From Longimicrobiales bacterium (GTDB taxonomy: Bacteria > Gemmatimonadota > Gemmatimonadetes > Longimicrobiales > Gaopeijiaceae): a DNA stretch of 64,000 bases. Of the stretch, positions 61,617 to 64,000 are shown one piece after another (positions within the stretch are counted from its first letter, which is position 1; each line of letters begins with the position of its first letter). The notes below the pieces were generated by a model that was not told the origin of the DNA, did not search any database, and saw only the letters and a program-made list of their open reading frames with translations. Location of the stretch: contig OZ250165.1 in NCBI GenBank assembly GCA_965238005.1, positions 2,752,001-2,816,000 of the forward strand, in the 5' to 3' direction. A program made the translations under genes and the position numbers.

Positions 61617-62690
61617 TCAGACCTGCTCTCCGAGTCCACTCGCAATCCGGGAGTTGATCCCCCACTTGGGCGGGTACCAGGGTCGTGGCAGCTCGCCTGT
61701 CTCTCGGAACGACTGCTTGATACGAGTTCTCCCAGACACTCCGGGGAAGTCGGGATGTGCAACTCTGGCGTACTTGCCCACTTCACAGAAGAGGTTTTGA
61801 CAGTCTATATACTGGAGTGGTCTGCCCCATAGATCCTTGAACGTGATTCCGAATCCTTCGAACTCCTCATCTTGCCGATCCACCATGAGCTTTATCACGT
61901 CGACTTCGTTCAATCCTCCGAGGTCGTGAAAACATTTGTGGATGCCGTCGATAGCGCCGGGGCCCGGCACAACGAACTCAGACTCGGAGAAATCAACAAT
62001 GGGTCCATAGTTCAGGTCGGTCACGAACTGATATGCTAGGAAGTCTCCAATAGATGGAAACGAGCGAATCAGCATGAACGCGTCCTGCATCCGTTGGCAT
62101 TCTTGGAGTCGGTCCGGCACGTCTGCAGCCATCATCTGCTCCAGCAATCGAAGGTGGTTGCGGTGCTTTCGTCGAGATCCGAACAAACTGGGTGAGGGAA
62201 CGATGTAGGCAGCGGAGTAGAGTTTGTCTCCGCGTCGAAAGGCTCCGTCTAGGACTCGGTCGTACTCCCCGAAGCTGTATGTCGACCAAGAGACTTCTCC
62301 AAACTCACTTTCGAGCCTCTGCCAAGTGTGAATTCGATTAAAGAGCTTGAAGAGGATCGTTCGAAAAAAAAGTTCGATGGGCGTTTGGAGTGGCTGGTGG
62401 ATGACACGCCGAATCAAAAACTGACTCGTCCGATCTGAAGCACGATACGCGTTCGTGAACTTGAACTTCTGAAGAATAGGATCCTCCGTCCATGGTGCAG
62501 GATGACCCTGGACGCGACGGAAGAAGATCTCCTGTCGAGCAGCCGCTAGGCGCCAGTAGCTCTCGTATACAGGTGTCGGGATTGCCGGTCGCAGGCGCAC
62601 AAAGACCTCGGGTGCGACTTGCGAAGGGGCCTTTCGGGACGAAATCGCTAGCCGCAGCTGCGCGTCGCCCGCTGGCTTCTCACGGCCCAA
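61617..62690 (-). CDS. aGPT-Pplase1 / 5hmdU-DNA-kinase-like protein
   Basis: WTEDPILQKFKFTNAYRASDR, YSAAYI, FLAYQ..DLNY, GPGA, CQNLFCE.GKY. Confidence 0.85.
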   Translation of the reverse strand: MGREKPAGDAQLRLAISSRKAPSQVAPEVFVRLRPAIPTPVYESYWRLAAARQEIFFRRVQGHPAPWTEDPILQKFKFTNAYRASDRTSQFLIRRVIHQPLQTPIELFFRTILFKLFNRIHTWQRLESEFGEVSWSTYSFGEYDRVLDGAFRRGDKLYSAAYIVPSPSLFGSRRKHRNHLRLLEQMMAADVPDRLQECQRMQDAFMLIRSFPSIGDFLAYQFVTDLNYGPIVDFSESEFVVPGPGAIDGIHKCFHDLGGLNEVDVIKLMVDRQDEEFEGFGITFKDLWGRPLQYIDCQNLFCEVGKYARVAHPDFPGVSGRTRIKQSFRETGELPRPWYPPKWGINSRIASGLGEQV

Positions 62691-63297
62691 CGGTTGCGGT
62701 CAGATCCAAGGCCGCTCTCACCTTTTCCTTTGCCTGCTTTAACGTTCCTTCGTTAACGATCCGTATGACGTTCAGTTCTCCCTCTGCTAGCCGTCCGTAG
62801 GCGAGAGACAGCTTCCTGAATTGATCTCGGTCGTGCTCCTCCCGAAAAGGCTGCCGACGCTCGACCAGAAAGATTGGAGTGGGGCTGAGTGCACCCCATG
62901 TGCTCTTCTCCAATTCCAACAGGGCCGTCATCTGCGACTCAGCAACACCGTTAGCCACGCCATAGACCCAGGCCGACCACCAATACCGATCCAAGAGCAC
63001 GGTTTTGCCAGATCGAATGGCTGGCTTGATACGCTTGTCGATCGCATCAATGTGTGCCGCAACGTGGAGCATCTGGAGTGCAAATGGCTCAATGTCGTAA
63101 CTACCGTGATGAAGGTCATAGACCCAGCGACCCAGTGAACCGGGATCGTTACCCGGGAAGGCCAGGCCGACGACCGGAAGGTTCGCCTCCTTCAGAAGAT
63201 CCAGGCAAAATGAATGCAGCGTCGACTTGCCGACCCCGTCGGGTCCCTCCAAGACGATCAATCTTCCGGGCCGTGAGCCTCCGCCGTCCGGGCTCAT
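62680..63297 (-). CDS. Thymidylate-kinase-like protein
   Basis: LEGPDGVGKST, FPG, LLDRYW.S..VY. Confidence 0.9.
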   Translation of the reverse strand: MSPDGGGSRPGRLIVLEGPDGVGKSTLHSFCLDLLKEANLPVVGLAFPGNDPGSLGRWVYDLHHGSYDIEPFALQMLHVAAHIDAIDKRIKPAIRSGKTVLLDRYWWSAWVYGVANGVAESQMTALLELEKSTWGALSPTPIFLVERRQPFREEHDRDQFRKLSLAYGRLAEGELNVIRIVNEGTLKQAKEKVRAALDLTATVGP

Positions 63298-64000
63298 TCC
63301 TTGCGGAGCTCGCTGGCCAACCCAGCAAGCTCACCCTTCGAAAATCTATTCGAAAGGCCCGCGACTGAGGAGACGCAGGTAATCCGAGTCAGGTTTCGAT
63401 CGAAGGCGTCGGCAACGAACTCTCCCAGCCTCGCGAGCCCAAGATAGTTTCCGTAGCCACGATCGAAGATGTCCTGTTTCGCATAGAAGCCAGTCACCGC
63501 AAAACCGTTATGAGCCTCTGGCACGAAGCAAACCTGGTGCATGCACGGGAATCCGAGAAAGGGAGTCGGGAGGTGGTCTGTAGAGGGATCGAAGAAGGAA
63601 GCTACGAAGGCACTTCGGCGTTTCACGTTCCGGTTCCAGGTCGCGATGATTCTCTCAAGTTGGTTGATCTCCTTAACTCCGAACGAGATGAGGCGCAGAA
63701 AGTATGTGCCACGACGATTTGCAGGAATCTTGCAGATTCTCTTCTCGTAGACTTTACGATACCTCTCATAGAGAGCGGCACGCGACGTGCCGCGTCGCCA
63801 CATGCTGCTAGGGAAGATCGTCGAAGCCGTCGTCCCCACCCTCCAGACGCCCGGCTGAGCACAGAGGAGCGCGTCAACAGCACTGCGGACGTGGAGATCC
63901 TCAGGAGGGAGACCAGAGAAGCCAGAAACGGTAATCACCAGAGGACTGATCTCGCGATGATCGTAAGTTGCCAAGAACGCATGGGTCCACGCCCCGCTCA
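63294..64000 (-). CDS. Thymidylate-synthase-like protein (5' end probably outside window)
   Basis: NQL, FDP..DH, FPCM catalytic Cys, GYGNY; ATGA overlap with kinase. Confidence 0.75.
   Translation of the reverse strand, partial: SGAWTHAFLATYDHREISPLVITVSGFSGLPPEDLHVRSAVDALLCAQPGVWRVGTTASTIFPSSMWRRGTSRAALYERYRKVYEKRICKIPANRRGTYFLRLISFGVKEINQLERIIATWNRNVKRRSAFVASFFDPSTDHLPTPFLGFPCMHQVCFVPEAHNGFAVTGFYAKQDIFDRGYGNYLGLARLGEFVADAFDRNLTRITCVSSVAGLSNRFSKGELAGLASELRKE

Overview
High-GC, heavily rearranged genomic island with no housekeeping genes, rRNA/tRNA or CRISPR array. Backbone: a VirB-type T4SS operon (HTH-AlpA, virB2, B3, B4, B9, B10, B5-like, B6, B8 and an uncharacterised terminal gene). Three tyrosine-integrase elements interrupt it, two in virB4 and one in virB8. 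Each junction carries a short duplicated core (16, 10 and 12 bp), and joining the pieces restores the reading frames. The middle of the operon (27.1-38.4 kb) is inverted relative to its ends. Six ColE1-type oriT-like sites (hairpin + CTGG^CTTA), one ColE1-like mobCABD module and five copies of a structured GGGAGCGACC...GGTCGCTCCC element are scattered through the island. Cargo is mostly defence-like: type I R-M with fused M-S plus a HEPN-motif gene, type III R-M, RelE-type TA, DUF5131-TcmP, a TIGR04255 triad, TIR, DUF262, and a thymidylate synthase-like/kinase/aGPT-Pplase1/MazG operon. There are also two surface proteins (Calx-beta autotransporter, FN3 repeats), a (GCCGA)26 tract and IS remnants. 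Family calls come from motif recognition by eye, not database searches.
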